From: Patescibacteria group bacterium
GTDB lineage: Bacteria; Patescibacteriota; Minisyncoccia; Phycocordibacterales; Phycocordibacteraceae
Assembly: GCA_038062735.1 (NCBI GenBank)
Contig: JBBTWN010000016.1
Coordinates: 1-51,464 of the forward strand
Length of the DNA: 51,464 nucleotides
Direction of reading: 5' to 3'
Shown here: positions 19,552 to 28,921 of the stretch, one piece after another
How the letters are laid out: each line of letters begins with the position of its first letter
Position numbering within the stretch: position 1 is the first letter of the stretch
Translations under genes and position numbers: made by a program
Notes under the pieces: generated by a model
The model's input: the letters and a program-made list of their open reading frames with translations, nothing else
Database searches by the model: none
What the model was told of the DNA's origin: nothing

Positions 19552-20367
19552 GTGGATCCATTTTTCGTTATTTTTTTTGGTCTCTTGGGACTCCTCGTCG
19601 GGAGCTTTAGTAACGTAGTCGTGCTTCGCTATGGCTACACCGAGACGGCTAACCCACGGAGCGAGTGTATGCAGTGTGGCACCACACTCTACTGGTATGA
19701 TTTGGTCCCTGTGTTTTCATATCTTGCACTTCGGGCACACTGTCGCGCCTGCGGCTCTCGACTGCTCACGCAGTATCCGTTCGTTGAACTCGCGACGGGT
19801 ATTTTGTTTGCGCTCACCGCCACACAGTTTGTAAGCTTTACACCCATCAGTGTTGTTGGGGTGCTTGCTGAGCTCGCATTTTGGTCTGGCCTTGTTGCAC
19901 TTACCGCGTATGATATCCGGCACACGCTCATCCCGTATTCTTTTTTAAGCTTTCTATTTGGTGCGGCCCTCGTACATACGGCGCTCTCGTTTTTTTATAA
20001 CTTTGATCTGTATGCACTCGCGCTCGTTCTCGGCGGTGCGCTGGTGCCTGGACTTTTTTTGGGTGCCATCGTTCTTGTCACTCGCGGGAAGGGGATGGGG
20101 GCCGGGGATGCGTATCTCGCCAGCATTATCGGCCTTTTTGTTGGACTACCAAACGCAGTCGCGATGCTGTTGTTCGCTGTGTGGATTGGGACACTCTGGG
20201 GACTACTACTCATAAGCATCCGGAATAACGCTACACTGAAGACGGAGATACCTTTCGCACCATTTTTGTCGCTCAGCACGATTATTGTTGTAGGAATGGC
20301 GTACGCGGGTATCGACACATTTACATGGCTCGCGGATTTTCTCTCATTGAGCTTATTGTCGTCGTAG
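19552..20367 (+). CDS. pilD: Prepilin peptidase PilD (A24)
   Basis: GSF.NVV..R, RS.C..C...L.WYDLVPVFSYL.LR..CR.C, YP.VEL, YDI, GMG.GD, IPFAPFL; GTG 19552 lies 6 nt after TATACT. Confidence 0.93.
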   Translation: MDPFFVIFFGLLGLLVGSFSNVVVLRYGYTETANPRSECMQCGTTLYWYDLVPVFSYLALRAHCRACGSRLLTQYPFVELATGILFALTATQFVSFTPISVVGVLAELAFWSGLVALTAYDIRHTLIPYSFLSFLFGAALVHTALSFFYNFDLYALALVLGGALVPGLFLGAIVLVTRGKGMGAGDAYLASIIGLFVGLPNAVAMLLFAVWIGTLWGLLLISIRNNATLKTEIPFAPFLSLSTIIVVGMAYAGIDTFTWLADFLSLSLLSS

Positions 20368-20885
20368 GGATATTTACTGTTATCTCGGCGATTGTGCTGG
20401 CGAACCATTCGCAGTTTAATTCGAATGTTTTGTTGGGTTCGTTGGCGTATGACATTGGGCTCTCGATTCGCGAGGCACAGGTCTATGGTCTGTCAGTAAA
20501 AAAGTACTCAGAGCCGGAGGAATTTCAGGTGGGGTACGGTGTTCACTTTCAAACGGCAGGTCAATACCTTCTCTTTGTGGATAGAAACAAAAACAAACGA
20601 TACGATGCGGATACCGATGGCATTCAACAGACCTACACGCTTGGCCGTGGTCACTCAGTAAAAAAATTCTGTGGATACACCGCGGGTGGGGCAGAAGAAT
20701 GCTCGGACAATGCTGCAGCACTCGCATTTCTTGACATTGTTTTCATCCGTCCAAGCCCTGATGCATCAATACTGTCCACGTCTCCAACGATCTATTCAAT
20801 CGGAGCAGTTACCGTCCAATCTGTAAGCGGCAAAGAGCGAACCATAACGGTACAGTCGACTGGTCAGATCTCAGTATCACAGTGA
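20325..20885 (+). CDS. Minor pilin (FimU/GspH-like)
   Basis: RG^FSLIEL, IREAQ, YGVHF, C-terminal STGQI. Confidence 0.85.
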   Translation: MARGFSLIELIVVVGIFTVISAIVLANHSQFNSNVLLGSLAYDIGLSIREAQVYGLSVKKYSEPEEFQVGYGVHFQTAGQYLLFVDRNKNKRYDADTDGIQQTYTLGRGHSVKKFCGYTAGGAEECSDNAAALAFLDIVFIRPSPDASILSTSPTIYSIGAVTVQSVSGKERTITVQSTGQISVSQ

Positions 20886-21487
20886 TTAACATTATGAAAA
20901 GTCTACGAGCGTTCACTTTAATAGAAATGATGGTTGCAGTGTCGATATTTGCGATCGTCATGATGATAGGTGTTGGTGCGCTTCTGTCACTCATTGAAAC
21001 AAACAAACGAGCACAAGCTATTAACTCAGTGATGAACAATGTGAACGCCGCTGTCGAAAACATGACACGTTCAATACGCGTGGGCTTTACCTATCACTGT
21101 GAAGTGTCTTCGTCGCCTCAGTCACCCGCGACCTTGGCGACGCCGCAAGATTGTGCGTCAGGCGGTGGGAAGCTGTTTGCATTTGAATCGTCAGATGGCG
21201 ATGTGACCAATCCAAACGACCAAGTGGTGTACCGATTGAATGGTAGCCAGATTGAACGTTCGCTCGCCGCGGGCGCGAATGGAACTTGGATTGCAATCAC
21301 CGCGCCCGAGGTGACCATAACCGACTTTCAATTCTATGTAACAGGTTCGTCACCGCTTACAGGTGTTCCTGCAGACTATACGCAGCCACGGGTTTTGATG
21401 ATACTTCGCGGTGTCGCGACGGTGCCAAAAGGCCAGACTGATTTTACGGTGCAGTCAACAGTCACACAACGTCTTTTGGATATATAA
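20882..21487 (+). CDS. Minor pilin (PilW/GspJ-like)
   Basis: RA^FTLIEMMVAV, ENMTR.IR, QSTVTQR; start GTG 20882 or ATG 20894. Confidence 0.85.
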   Translation: MINIMKSLRAFTLIEMMVAVSIFAIVMMIGVGALLSLIETNKRAQAINSVMNNVNAAVENMTRSIRVGFTYHCEVSSSPQSPATLATPQDCASGGGKLFAFESSDGDVTNPNDQVVYRLNGSQIERSLAAGANGTWIAITAPEVTITDFQFYVTGSSPLTGVPADYTQPRVLMILRGVATVPKGQTDFTVQSTVTQRLLDI

Positions 21488-21489
21488 TT

Positions 21490-22011
21490 ATGAAAACAAC
21501 CACATCAGCCTTTACACTCATTGAAACCCTTGTCGCCATTACGGTGCTTTTAGTTTCACTCGCGGGTCCTATGTCACTGGCCGCTCAGGCACTCCAAAGT
21601 GCGTATTACGCGCGCGATCAGGTCACCGCCTTCTACCTTGCACAAGAGGGGATCGAGTATGTCCGGGCGATCCGTGATCAAAACTATCTCGCCGGGAACC
21701 CATGGCTCACCGGCCTTGAGAGTGGCGAGAGGTGTATTGACGCATACTGCTCCGTAGATTTAGTCACCTTCACGCATGATGTGTGCCCGACAGCAGCCGA
21801 CCCCGCGTCATGTCCAAAACTGAAAATGTCATCTATCGGTAAGCTCTACAACCATGTGTCCGGCGAAGACACAAAATTTACACGCGCGGTAACGATAACT
21901 CCGGTGGGACTAGGCGACTCTCAGGTCATTATCTCGGTTCGTGTCCAATGGATATCGGCAGGCATTGATCGCACATTCGACTTATCAGAGCGTATATACA
22001 ATTGGCTATGA
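21490..22011 (+). CDS. Minor pilin (PilV/GspI-like)
   Basis: SA^FTLIETLVAI, A.YLAQEGIEYVR..RD.N, FTR.VTI, V.V.W. Confidence 0.87.
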   Translation: MKTTTSAFTLIETLVAITVLLVSLAGPMSLAAQALQSAYYARDQVTAFYLAQEGIEYVRAIRDQNYLAGNPWLTGLESGERCIDAYCSVDLVTFTHDVCPTAADPASCPKLKMSSIGKLYNHVSGEDTKFTRAVTITPVGLGDSQVIISVRVQWISAGIDRTFDLSERIYNWL

Positions 22012-22460
22012 GTACACATCCACGTGGATTCACCTTGCTCATGGCTATTCTTACCGCAGGCATCATGCTCGCTTTGGGGTACGCAATATTTAACATAGTT
22101 TCTAAAGAAATCCTTCTTTCGTCAGCGGGCCGTGAATCTCAGTTCGCTTTTTTTGCAGCTGACACGGGTATCGAGTGTGCACTGTATTATGATTCAAAGT
22201 TCGATGCATTTTCAACGTCATCGCCACTCGTCGATGTATCATGCGGTGCGGCTTCATCGACCTTGGTGCGAGAAATCGTCGGCACCAGTGCCACCACTAC
22301 GTTTTCGTTTCAACTATCGTCTTCAATAACCAGGCCTTGCGTGACGGTGATCGTTGCTAAGTCAGTTCCTGCAAAGACCAAAATAGAATCAGCAGGCTAT
22401 AACACCTGCGTGACCACGAACCCACGCCGCATCGAACGAGCTATTCGTGTGACCTACTAG
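22008..22460 (+). CDS. Minor pilin (PilX/GspK-like, no Glu+5)
   Basis: RG^FTLLMA, AFFAADTGIECALY, I.S.G, ERAI; ATG 22008 in ATGA overlap. Confidence 0.82.
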   Translation: MSTHPRGFTLLMAILTAGIMLALGYAIFNIVSKEILLSSAGRESQFAFFAADTGIECALYYDSKFDAFSTSSPLVDVSCGAASSTLVREIVGTSATTTFSFQLSSSITRPCVTVIVAKSVPAKTKIESAGYNTCVTTNPRRIERAIRVTY

Positions 22461-22476
22461 TTGCTAGAATGGGCTA

Positions 22477-24471
22477 ATGGTGGCACCACAGGACGTTCAA
22501 GAGCGGGTGCAAAAGCTGCGTGGGGCGATCAATAAGTATCGCTATGACTATCACGTCCTCGATAAAGAGACGATAAGTTCGTCGGCTCTCGACATGCTGA
22601 AGCACGAACTTGCGACTCTAGAAGAGAAGCACCCCGAGCTCATTACTCCTGACTCGCCGACCCAGCGGGTAGCAGGGAAGCCGCTCCCAGAATTTAAAAA
22701 AATAAAACATACAGCGACGCAATGGTCATTTAATGACGTTTTCGATGAATCGGAGGTTCGGACATTTGATGAGCGCGTGCGACGAGGTGTCGGTCATGTT
22801 CTGGTCGCATACACCTGCGAACTTAAAATAGATGGATTGAAGGTGGTGCTCACGTATAAAAATGGGCTGTTAGCGACTGCGGCGACGCGCGGCGACGGTA
22901 CCGTTGGCGAGGATGTCACTATGAACGTGCGCACCATCGAATCCGTACCGCTGGTCCTCACGAAGCCAATTGATATCGTTGTCGAGGGCGAGGTATGGAT
23001 GAGCAAAAAGAATTTGGTGAAAATAAACGAAGAACGTCGTCGAAGGGGAGAGGACGAGTATGCAAATCCGCGAAACGTCGCAGCCGGCACCATTCGTCAG
23101 CTCGATCCAAAGATCGCGGCGTCGCGGAAACTCGACACGTTTATATACGATATCGCGAGTACCTCGGGGCCGCTCCCTGCAACCCAGTTTGCAGAACTTG
23201 AGTATCTACGAGAACTCGGCTTTAAAGTTAACAAAGAAGCCGAAGAAGTAAAAAGCATCAATGGTGCAATTGCATTTTGGAAAAAGTGGGAGGACAGAAA
23301 AGACAAACAAGATTACTTAATCGATGGCGTTGTGCTGAAAGTGAATGAGCGGCGGTATCAAGAAGCGCTTGGTTACACCGGCAAAGCGCCACGCTTCGGC
23401 ATCGCATTCAAGTTTGCAGCTGAGCAGGTAACGACCATTTTGGAGGATATCGCTTTTCAGGTTGGGCGCACCGGCGTCGTGACACCCGTCGCGCACCTCT
23501 CGCCGGTGAACGTAGCGGGCGTTATGGTAAGCCGGGCGACTTTGCACAACGAAGATCAAATTAATAGGCTTGACGTTCGGATTGGAGATACTGTTGTTAT
23601 TCAGCGCGCTGGCGACGTAATACCGGAGGTCGTACACGTGGTTACAGAGCTCAGAAAGAAGGGCGCAAAGCAGTTTAAATGGCCAAAGAAAATCGCTGCG
23701 TGCGGTGACGATGGCGCTATTGAACGTGTGCCCGGCATGAGTGCTTGGCGATGTGTTAATAAAAATTCTGCAATTCAAATACGACGTCGGTGGCACCATT
23801 TTGTTAGCCGTACTGCTATGGATATTGATGGATGCGGACCAAAAACGGTTGATCTTCTTCTTGATGAGGGGCTGGTGGCTACCTATGCAGATTTGTACAC
23901 GCTCACCGAAGGAGATGTGGTAGGACTCCCAGGTTTTCAAGAGCTCGCAGCAAAAAATTTAATTGATGGCGTTAAAAAAGCAAGACGGGTGCCGCTTGAT
24001 CGACTGCTTATCGGACTTTCAATTGGTCAAGTTGGAGAGGAGACAGCACGCGACATTGCTGCCCATTTTGGAACTATTGAACGAATTGAAACAGCGAGTG
24101 TCGTCGACCTCATTAGTATCTACGGCGTAGGTCAGATAGTAGCCGAGTCTATTCACCGGTGGTTTAAAGATCCGGAAAACAAAAAAACACTCCGAGCGCT
24201 TTTACGTGTCGTTACGCCTGTCAAGGTCGCGAAAGTCGCCGGCGGAGCATTAACGGGGAGGTCTTTTGTTATCACTGGCACACTTGCATCTATGAGTCGT
24301 GAAGAAGCTGAAAGTCGTATTCGAGCACGCGGGGGGAGTGCCGTGGGGTCAGTAAGTACAAAAACATCGTATGTAGTCGTCGGTGACTCCCCGGGCTCCA
24401 AAGCAGAAAAAGCAAGGAAACTAGGAGTGAAAACACTCTCCGAGTCTGAACTCCTCAAGCTGATTTCATAG
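22477..24471 (+). CDS. ligA: NAD-dependent DNA ligase
   Basis: PDSPTQRV, ELKIDG, TRGDG..GEDVT, ANPRN, VGRTG, ATLHN, RAGDVIP, C-terminal BRCT (SVS.KT.YVV.G..PGSK). Confidence 0.97.
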   Translation: MVAPQDVQERVQKLRGAINKYRYDYHVLDKETISSSALDMLKHELATLEEKHPELITPDSPTQRVAGKPLPEFKKIKHTATQWSFNDVFDESEVRTFDERVRRGVGHVLVAYTCELKIDGLKVVLTYKNGLLATAATRGDGTVGEDVTMNVRTIESVPLVLTKPIDIVVEGEVWMSKKNLVKINEERRRRGEDEYANPRNVAAGTIRQLDPKIAASRKLDTFIYDIASTSGPLPATQFAELEYLRELGFKVNKEAEEVKSINGAIAFWKKWEDRKDKQDYLIDGVVLKVNERRYQEALGYTGKAPRFGIAFKFAAEQVTTILEDIAFQVGRTGVVTPVAHLSPVNVAGVMVSRATLHNEDQINRLDVRIGDTVVIQRAGDVIPEVVHVVTELRKKGAKQFKWPKKIAACGDDGAIERVPGMSAWRCVNKNSAIQIRRRWHHFVSRTAMDIDGCGPKTVDLLLDEGLVATYADLYTLTEGDVVGLPGFQELAAKNLIDGVKKARRVPLDRLLIGLSIGQVGEETARDIAAHFGTIERIETASVVDLISIYGVGQIVAESIHRWFKDPENKKTLRALLRVVTPVKVAKVAGGALTGRSFVITGTLASMSREEAESRIRARGGSAVGSVSTKTSYVVVGDSPGSKAEKARKLGVKTLSESELLKLIS

Positions 24472-24494
24472 TTGTTTCATGGTAAAGTCAGTCT

Positions 24495-24788
24495 ATGAGT
24501 GTGTCGACAGATGACGTTAAAAAGTTAGCTGAGCTATCGCGCTTGGCGCTCACTGAGGGCGAGGTTGAAAAGCTCCGCAGTGAGATTGAGTCGATACTCG
24601 CGTACGTTGCTGTTGTACAAAAGGTTGATTTGCCACCCGGCATTGCTGCGTCTCCACACCTCGATCTTCAGAACGTTATGCGTGAGGATGGCGAGCCACA
24701 TGCGGGGAGTATCTATTCTGAAGATATGCTCAGTCAAGCACCAGCACGCGACGGTAACTTTCTTAAAGTAAAGAAAATTCTTGGATAA
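24495..24788 (+). CDS. gatC: Asp/Glu-tRNA amidotransferase subunit C
   Basis: V.KLA.LSRL, IL.YV, NVMRED, AP...G.F.KV..I; upstream of gatA. Confidence 0.93.
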   Translation: MSVSTDDVKKLAELSRLALTEGEVEKLRSEIESILAYVAVVQKVDLPPGIAASPHLDLQNVMREDGEPHAGSIYSEDMLSQAPARDGNFLKVKKILG

Positions 24789-24794
24789 TACAGC

Positions 24795-26216
24795 ATGGCA
24801 GATCTTACTGATTTAACCGCGAACGCCCTTGCAAAAGGATATCGCACTAAAGAGTTTAGTGCCGTTGATGTTACACGTGCGTACATTGCAAAAATTGAAA
24901 AAGAGAATTCTGCATTGAATGCATACCTTGAAGTTTTTGCTGATGCAGAGGTAGGAGCAAAAAATGCTGACGAAGTGCTGGCCCGAGAAGGGGAGCGCGC
25001 GCATGTACTCACGGGTGTGCCCATCGCGTTTAAAGATAACATTTTGATAAAAGGAAAAATCGCGAGCGCCGCATCAAAAATGCTCGCCAACCATGTCGCT
25101 CCCTATGATGCGACCGTCATTACCAAACTTCGTGCGTGCAACTCTGTTTTTCTCGGACGTACAAACATGGACGAGTTTGCCATGGGTTCTTCCACCGAGC
25201 ATTCATCTTTTGGTCCAACAAAAAATCCACATGATGTGACACGCGTCCCTGGTGGCTCATCAGGCGGCTCTGCAGCTGCAGTAGCTGCTCACCTTTCACC
25301 GATTGCGCTTGGGTCTGAAACATGCGGTTCGATACGCCAGCCATCGTCACTCTGTGGTTTGGTTGGTTTTAAGCCAACATATGGCGCGGTGTCACGCTCT
25401 GGACTTATCGCTATGGGGTCATCACTCGATCAGATTGGGCCATTTGCACGCACCGTAGCAGACGCTGAAATGCTTTTCAATAGTATCCGGGGCATCGATT
25501 CTTTAGACGGGACGACGCTTCCAGACTTTTCTGATGTCAGCCCTGCGAATAAAAAAATTGGAGTGCCTCGGGCCTTTGTTAACGACGCGCAAGCTGAGAC
25601 AAAAGCGGTTTTTGAAAAAAAGTTGCAAGAATTGACTGAGCACGGGTACGAAATTGTCGATATTGAGCTCAAAAGTGCACCACTCGCGCTCCCTGCGTAC
25701 TACATTGTTATGCCCGCAGAGGTTTCGACGAATCTTGCTCGGCTCGACGGTATGAGATACGGTCTTCATGTTGATGGAGTAAATCTGCTTGATGACTACA
25801 AATTAAGTCGCGCAGCTGGTTTCTCTGAAGAAACTCGACGAAGAATTATACTTGGTACATACATACTCTCGAGCGGCTATTACGATGCATACTACAAAAA
25901 AGCTACCGCGCTCAGAAGTGTCATTACTGATGATCTTTCGCGCGCATTTGAATCGGTACAGTATGTTGCGACACCGACGGCGCCCGGGCCAGCATTTAAA
26001 ATAGGTGAAAAGTCCGATCCAGTTTCGATGTATCTAGAGGATATTTTTTCTGCGCCAGCGAACCTTGCAGGACTCCCTTCAATATCGGTGCCCATGGGTA
26101 CTGTTACAAAAGAAGGAGTTGATCTGCCCGTCGGTATCCAATTCATGACACCTAAACGGACCGACACTATTTTATTTGATGTTGCGCGTGACGTATTAAA
26201 TGAATCTCGTCCATGA
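24795..26216 (+). CDS. gatA: Asp/Glu-tRNA amidotransferase subunit A
   Basis: KDNI, TNMDEFAMGSSTE, PGGSSGGSAAAV, GSETCGSIRQP, SSLDQIGP, RRIILGTY.LSSGYYDAYY. Confidence 0.97.
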   Translation: MADLTDLTANALAKGYRTKEFSAVDVTRAYIAKIEKENSALNAYLEVFADAEVGAKNADEVLAREGERAHVLTGVPIAFKDNILIKGKIASAASKMLANHVAPYDATVITKLRACNSVFLGRTNMDEFAMGSSTEHSSFGPTKNPHDVTRVPGGSSGGSAAAVAAHLSPIALGSETCGSIRQPSSLCGLVGFKPTYGAVSRSGLIAMGSSLDQIGPFARTVADAEMLFNSIRGIDSLDGTTLPDFSDVSPANKKIGVPRAFVNDAQAETKAVFEKKLQELTEHGYEIVDIELKSAPLALPAYYIVMPAEVSTNLARLDGMRYGLHVDGVNLLDDYKLSRAAGFSEETRRRIILGTYILSSGYYDAYYKKATALRSVITDDLSRAFESVQYVATPTAPGPAFKIGEKSDPVSMYLEDIFSAPANLAGLPSISVPMGTVTKEGVDLPVGIQFMTPKRTDTILFDVARDVLNESRP

Positions 26217-27007
26217 ACGGTGTTCCATTTCTGAATCTTCAATACTTCTACTGCCTTATTTATTCGTTTTTTGGCGGTGACTGTTCTCGTGTTTCTATAA
26301 CGGCGAGTGATGTAGCGAGTTCAACGAGTGATGCGCTTGGATCAGCAGGGAACGCAGCAACAACCACCGTCGAAGTGGCTGGAGGTTTTTGGTCATGGCT
26401 CTGGCCGTTTGGTGATCTCGGCCTTTCTTCAGTTGGCTCTGGGGGTGCACATGCAACGGGTACTTTTGCGGCATCGCTCGCATCATACTTTCCTGAATCG
26501 GCAGTTACGGTACTCCTCGCACTTGGTACACTGCTCTCTATTTTGTGGTCTGCGTTTAGTTGGTTCTCATATTCTGCATCTGGTATTCTCGCGATGGCGA
26601 TTGTTTCATCAATCCTGACCATTGGATTTGTTCGTATGAAAGAATGGAATCAGTTTTCTGCGCTACCACCCGCAGAGAGCAGAAAATCATACTCATGGAG
26701 TAGGTGGCAGGACTTGTTGAACGAAGCGATGACCTCAAACCCTATGCACTGGCGTCACGCCATTTTAGAGGCGGACGGCATGCTCGGTGAGCTTTTATCA
26801 CGACTTGGGTATGCCGGGGGGACCACGAGCGAGATGATGCGGCATGTCCCCGATGATGCATTCGTCACCGTACCCCAGGCATGGGAGGCGCACCGCATTA
26901 AAAATTTTGTTGCACAGCGAACGAGCGACTACATTCTCACCCAGCGAGAAGCATTTCGCACGATGAAGCTCTACGAGCAGGTCTTCGAAGAATTTGATTT
27001 TATATAG
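26213..27007 (+). CDS. Membrane protein with C-terminal helical (HEPN-like) domain
   Basis: TM segments followed by W..AILEAD.ML..LL..LGY.G.T..E and AWEAHRIKNFVAQ; ATGA-coupled to gatA. Confidence 0.7.
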   Translation: MNGVPFLNLQYFYCLIYSFFGGDCSRVSITASDVASSTSDALGSAGNAATTTVEVAGGFWSWLWPFGDLGLSSVGSGGAHATGTFAASLASYFPESAVTVLLALGTLLSILWSAFSWFSYSASGILAMAIVSSILTIGFVRMKEWNQFSALPPAESRKSYSWSRWQDLLNEAMTSNPMHWRHAILEADGMLGELLSRLGYAGGTTSEMMRHVPDDAFVTVPQAWEAHRIKNFVAQRTSDYILTQREAFRTMKLYEQVFEEFDFI

Positions 27008-27043
27008 TTTGACCCGAGGTGTCCTCCGCGCTAGGGTGTGTAC

Positions 27044-27432
27044 ATGCCAGGTAGTAAAGAAAGGACTCCAGAGAACGCACTACCTAAAAAACCTGCACCA
27101 ATCCTAGCTCAGATTCTTATTAGACGCTCTTCAAGACTTGAAGACTGGGCAAAAGGAGAAATTCAGCGTATGGGGGCTTCGTGCCGACTATCGTGCTCCA
27201 CAATACGGAAGGTAAGACGGAATACTCTGCGGTACTTAGAAGACGGGCGGTAGCTATTAAAACTGCACTTATTATTTTGCGTGGCAGGCTGGCAGAACTC
27301 GCTATTCAAAATAGGCGGAGTCTCACACTCACAAAAAAAGAAACAAAATTAATCACTACGCAAAAGCGCCAGCTCGACGCCCTTGAAAAAAAGATTGATC
27401 ACATCGGCTCCTTCACACAAAATCTTGATTAG
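27044..27432 (+). pseudogene. Basic orphan protein split by a probable frameshift in a G5 run (27172-27176)
   Basis: TTGACC-17-TAGGGT-6-ATG 27044; overlapping ORFs 27044-27253 and 27181-27432 join as ...QRMGGFVPTIVL... if one G is added. Confidence 0.5.
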
Positions 27433-27445
27433 CGTTTGATTTTAT

Positions 27446-27691
27446 TTAATCCTCCGCCGCCTTATCTGCCGCCTTATCTAGGGCATTAGCCCAGTTGTAC
27501 CACGTTGCCGCTTTTACAAGCAAAGGATCGTCACGAAGTGATGCCGAGACTTTTTCTCCTCCGAAACGTCTTTGCACCTCCTCACCCGCGACAGTAAGTA
27601 ATTCATGTGACGGATACTTCTTTGCAAGCTTCTGAGCAGCTTTACGAGCAAGTTGTACCGCAGATTCATATTCTTCAATTGCTTCAGCCAT
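27446..27691 (-). CDS. Small helical orphan protein
   Basis: 81-aa ATG ORF filling the gap before the tRNA. Confidence 0.55.
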   Translation of the reverse strand: MAEAIEEYESAVQLARKAAQKLAKKYPSHELLTVAGEEVQRRFGGEKVSASLRDDPLLVKAATWYNWANALDKAADKAAED

Positions 27692-27749
27692 AGCGTTTTA
27701 TGAAAAGTCTTGTGTATTATTAACAACCAGAGTATACTACAAAAACGAT

Positions 27750-27821
27750 AGCGGGGTAGAGCAGTAGTAGCTCGTCAGGCTCATAACCTGAAGGTCGTTG
27801 GTGCAAATCCAACCCCCGCAA
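27750..27821 (+). tRNA. tRNA-Met(CAT), initiator type; CCA not encoded
   Basis: Cloverleaf: acceptor AGCGGGG/CCCCGCA with 1:72 mismatch, D-stem GAGC/GCTC (A11:U24), anticodon stem TCAGG/CCTGA with CAT at 27782-27784, T-stem GTTGG/CCAAC; TATACT at 27733-27738 upstream. Confidence 0.93.
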
Positions 27822-27896
27822 CAAGATCGGACTTTTAATGAAAAGCTATTCATAAAGCATTAGTTGAAGCGATGGAATCATGGTTCCATTAGTGTT

Positions 27897-28313
27897 ATGG
27901 ATAAGAAAGTCGACATTCACAAAGCAGCAGGAGTTTTGCTCAAGGACAGACAGTTTCTTATCAGTCGTTCCAAGGGTAAGGACTTTTTTATCGCGCCCGG
28001 AGGAAAGGTTGAAAAGGGAGAAGGTGTGCGTGAGGCATTGATCCGGGAACTCAAAGAGGAACTTGAGATTAATGTTGATGTAAACGACTTGGAAGAGTTC
28101 GGGGTGTTTTATGCCCTTGCTGCAGGCCACGCAGACAAGTATTTGCAGATGGATGTGTTTATCGTCAAAAAGTGGGCCGGAGAAATTATCCCGGCGAGCG
28201 AGGTTGAGGAGATTAAGTGGATCAACTCAAACTTACCGGCCGATATAAAACTCGGGTCGATCTTTCAACACGACGTGCTCCCGAAATTGAAGTCGGATAA
28301 ACTAATCGACTAA
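27897..28313 (+). CDS. NUDIX hydrolase (MutT-like)
   Basis: PGGKVEKGEGVREALIRELKEEL Nudix box; probable start ATG 27897 (MDKKVD). Confidence 0.9.
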   Translation: MDKKVDIHKAAGVLLKDRQFLISRSKGKDFFIAPGGKVEKGEGVREALIRELKEELEINVDVNDLEEFGVFYALAAGHADKYLQMDVFIVKKWAGEIIPASEVEEIKWINSNLPADIKLGSIFQHDVLPKLKSDKLID

Positions 28314-28481
28314 CGGTTCCATAAAAGTTCCTGAAACTCATAGAAACGCGAAGTTGTTCGAAGTTTCGTTTTTCAACTCATATATTTCAAGCAAAAATCG
28401 GGCTATTTGTTCCCAACTCAGTACCACTTCTGCAACAAGCGAGCGAAGGCGGGCATAGTTCTTGCGTCAGTAGATTGTAAT

Positions 28482-28509
28482 TTGACATGTCACAAATAAT
28501 CTGTATAAT
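28482..28509 (+). promoter_or_regulatory. Consensus sigma70 promoter with palindrome over the -35
   Basis: TTGACA (28482-28487), 16 bp, TATAAT (28504-28509); TGACATGTCA palindrome 28483-28492. Confidence 0.7.
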
Positions 28510-28540
28510 ATACTGACTTATCAAAATTATCAAAAACTAT

Positions 28541-28888
28541 ATGATGGAAGCAACAAACAATATTGTGGCGCAACGAGCATACGAGAGGGTGTGGCTCAAA
28601 TTTAAAACACAGTCAGAAGCAGCCGGTTTGTATCGATGGCTGCCAGTAACGAGCATCCTTTTGTGTCTGGGTTTTGTCGGTGTACCAAGTTTACCGATTC
28701 TAGCCGCATATATTGGGGCTGCTGCACTTATGTATGCCAACTTTAACTATCAGAGCTCACGACGATCTCTCGCGCTCCAAAAAGCTGAGTACGTTAAGAA
28801 CAGGTTTGCGGGCGGCGGTATATACGGCACACCTGAACACATTTGGAGTGCAGTTGATCCAATCCTAGACAAAGAACTCGGCCGTTAA
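28541..28888 (+). CDS. Small 2-TM orphan membrane protein
   Basis: 115-aa ORF with central hydrophobic hairpin, downstream of consensus promoter. Confidence 0.65.
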   Translation: MMEATNNIVAQRAYERVWLKFKTQSEAAGLYRWLPVTSILLCLGFVGVPSLPILAAYIGAAALMYANFNYQSSRRSLALQKAEYVKNRFAGGGIYGTPEHIWSAVDPILDKELGR

Positions 28889-28921
28889 CTTGGAGCTTTT
28901 TTGTCACGCTATACTATTTGT

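Noticed and set aside
24495-26216. Missing gatB as a sign of a novel amidotransferase
   Set aside because: gatB is often unlinked; absence from one window is uninformative
27456-27479. 12-bp tandem repeat GCCGCCTTATCT
   Set aside because: Two units only, encoding DKAA twice at a protein C-terminus; no evidence of function
27818-28439. attL/attR pair from the tRNA 3' end (GCAACAAG at 27818-27825 and 28432-28439) flanking the NUDIX gene
   Set aside because: Only 8 bp, plausible by chance, and no integrase; not supportable
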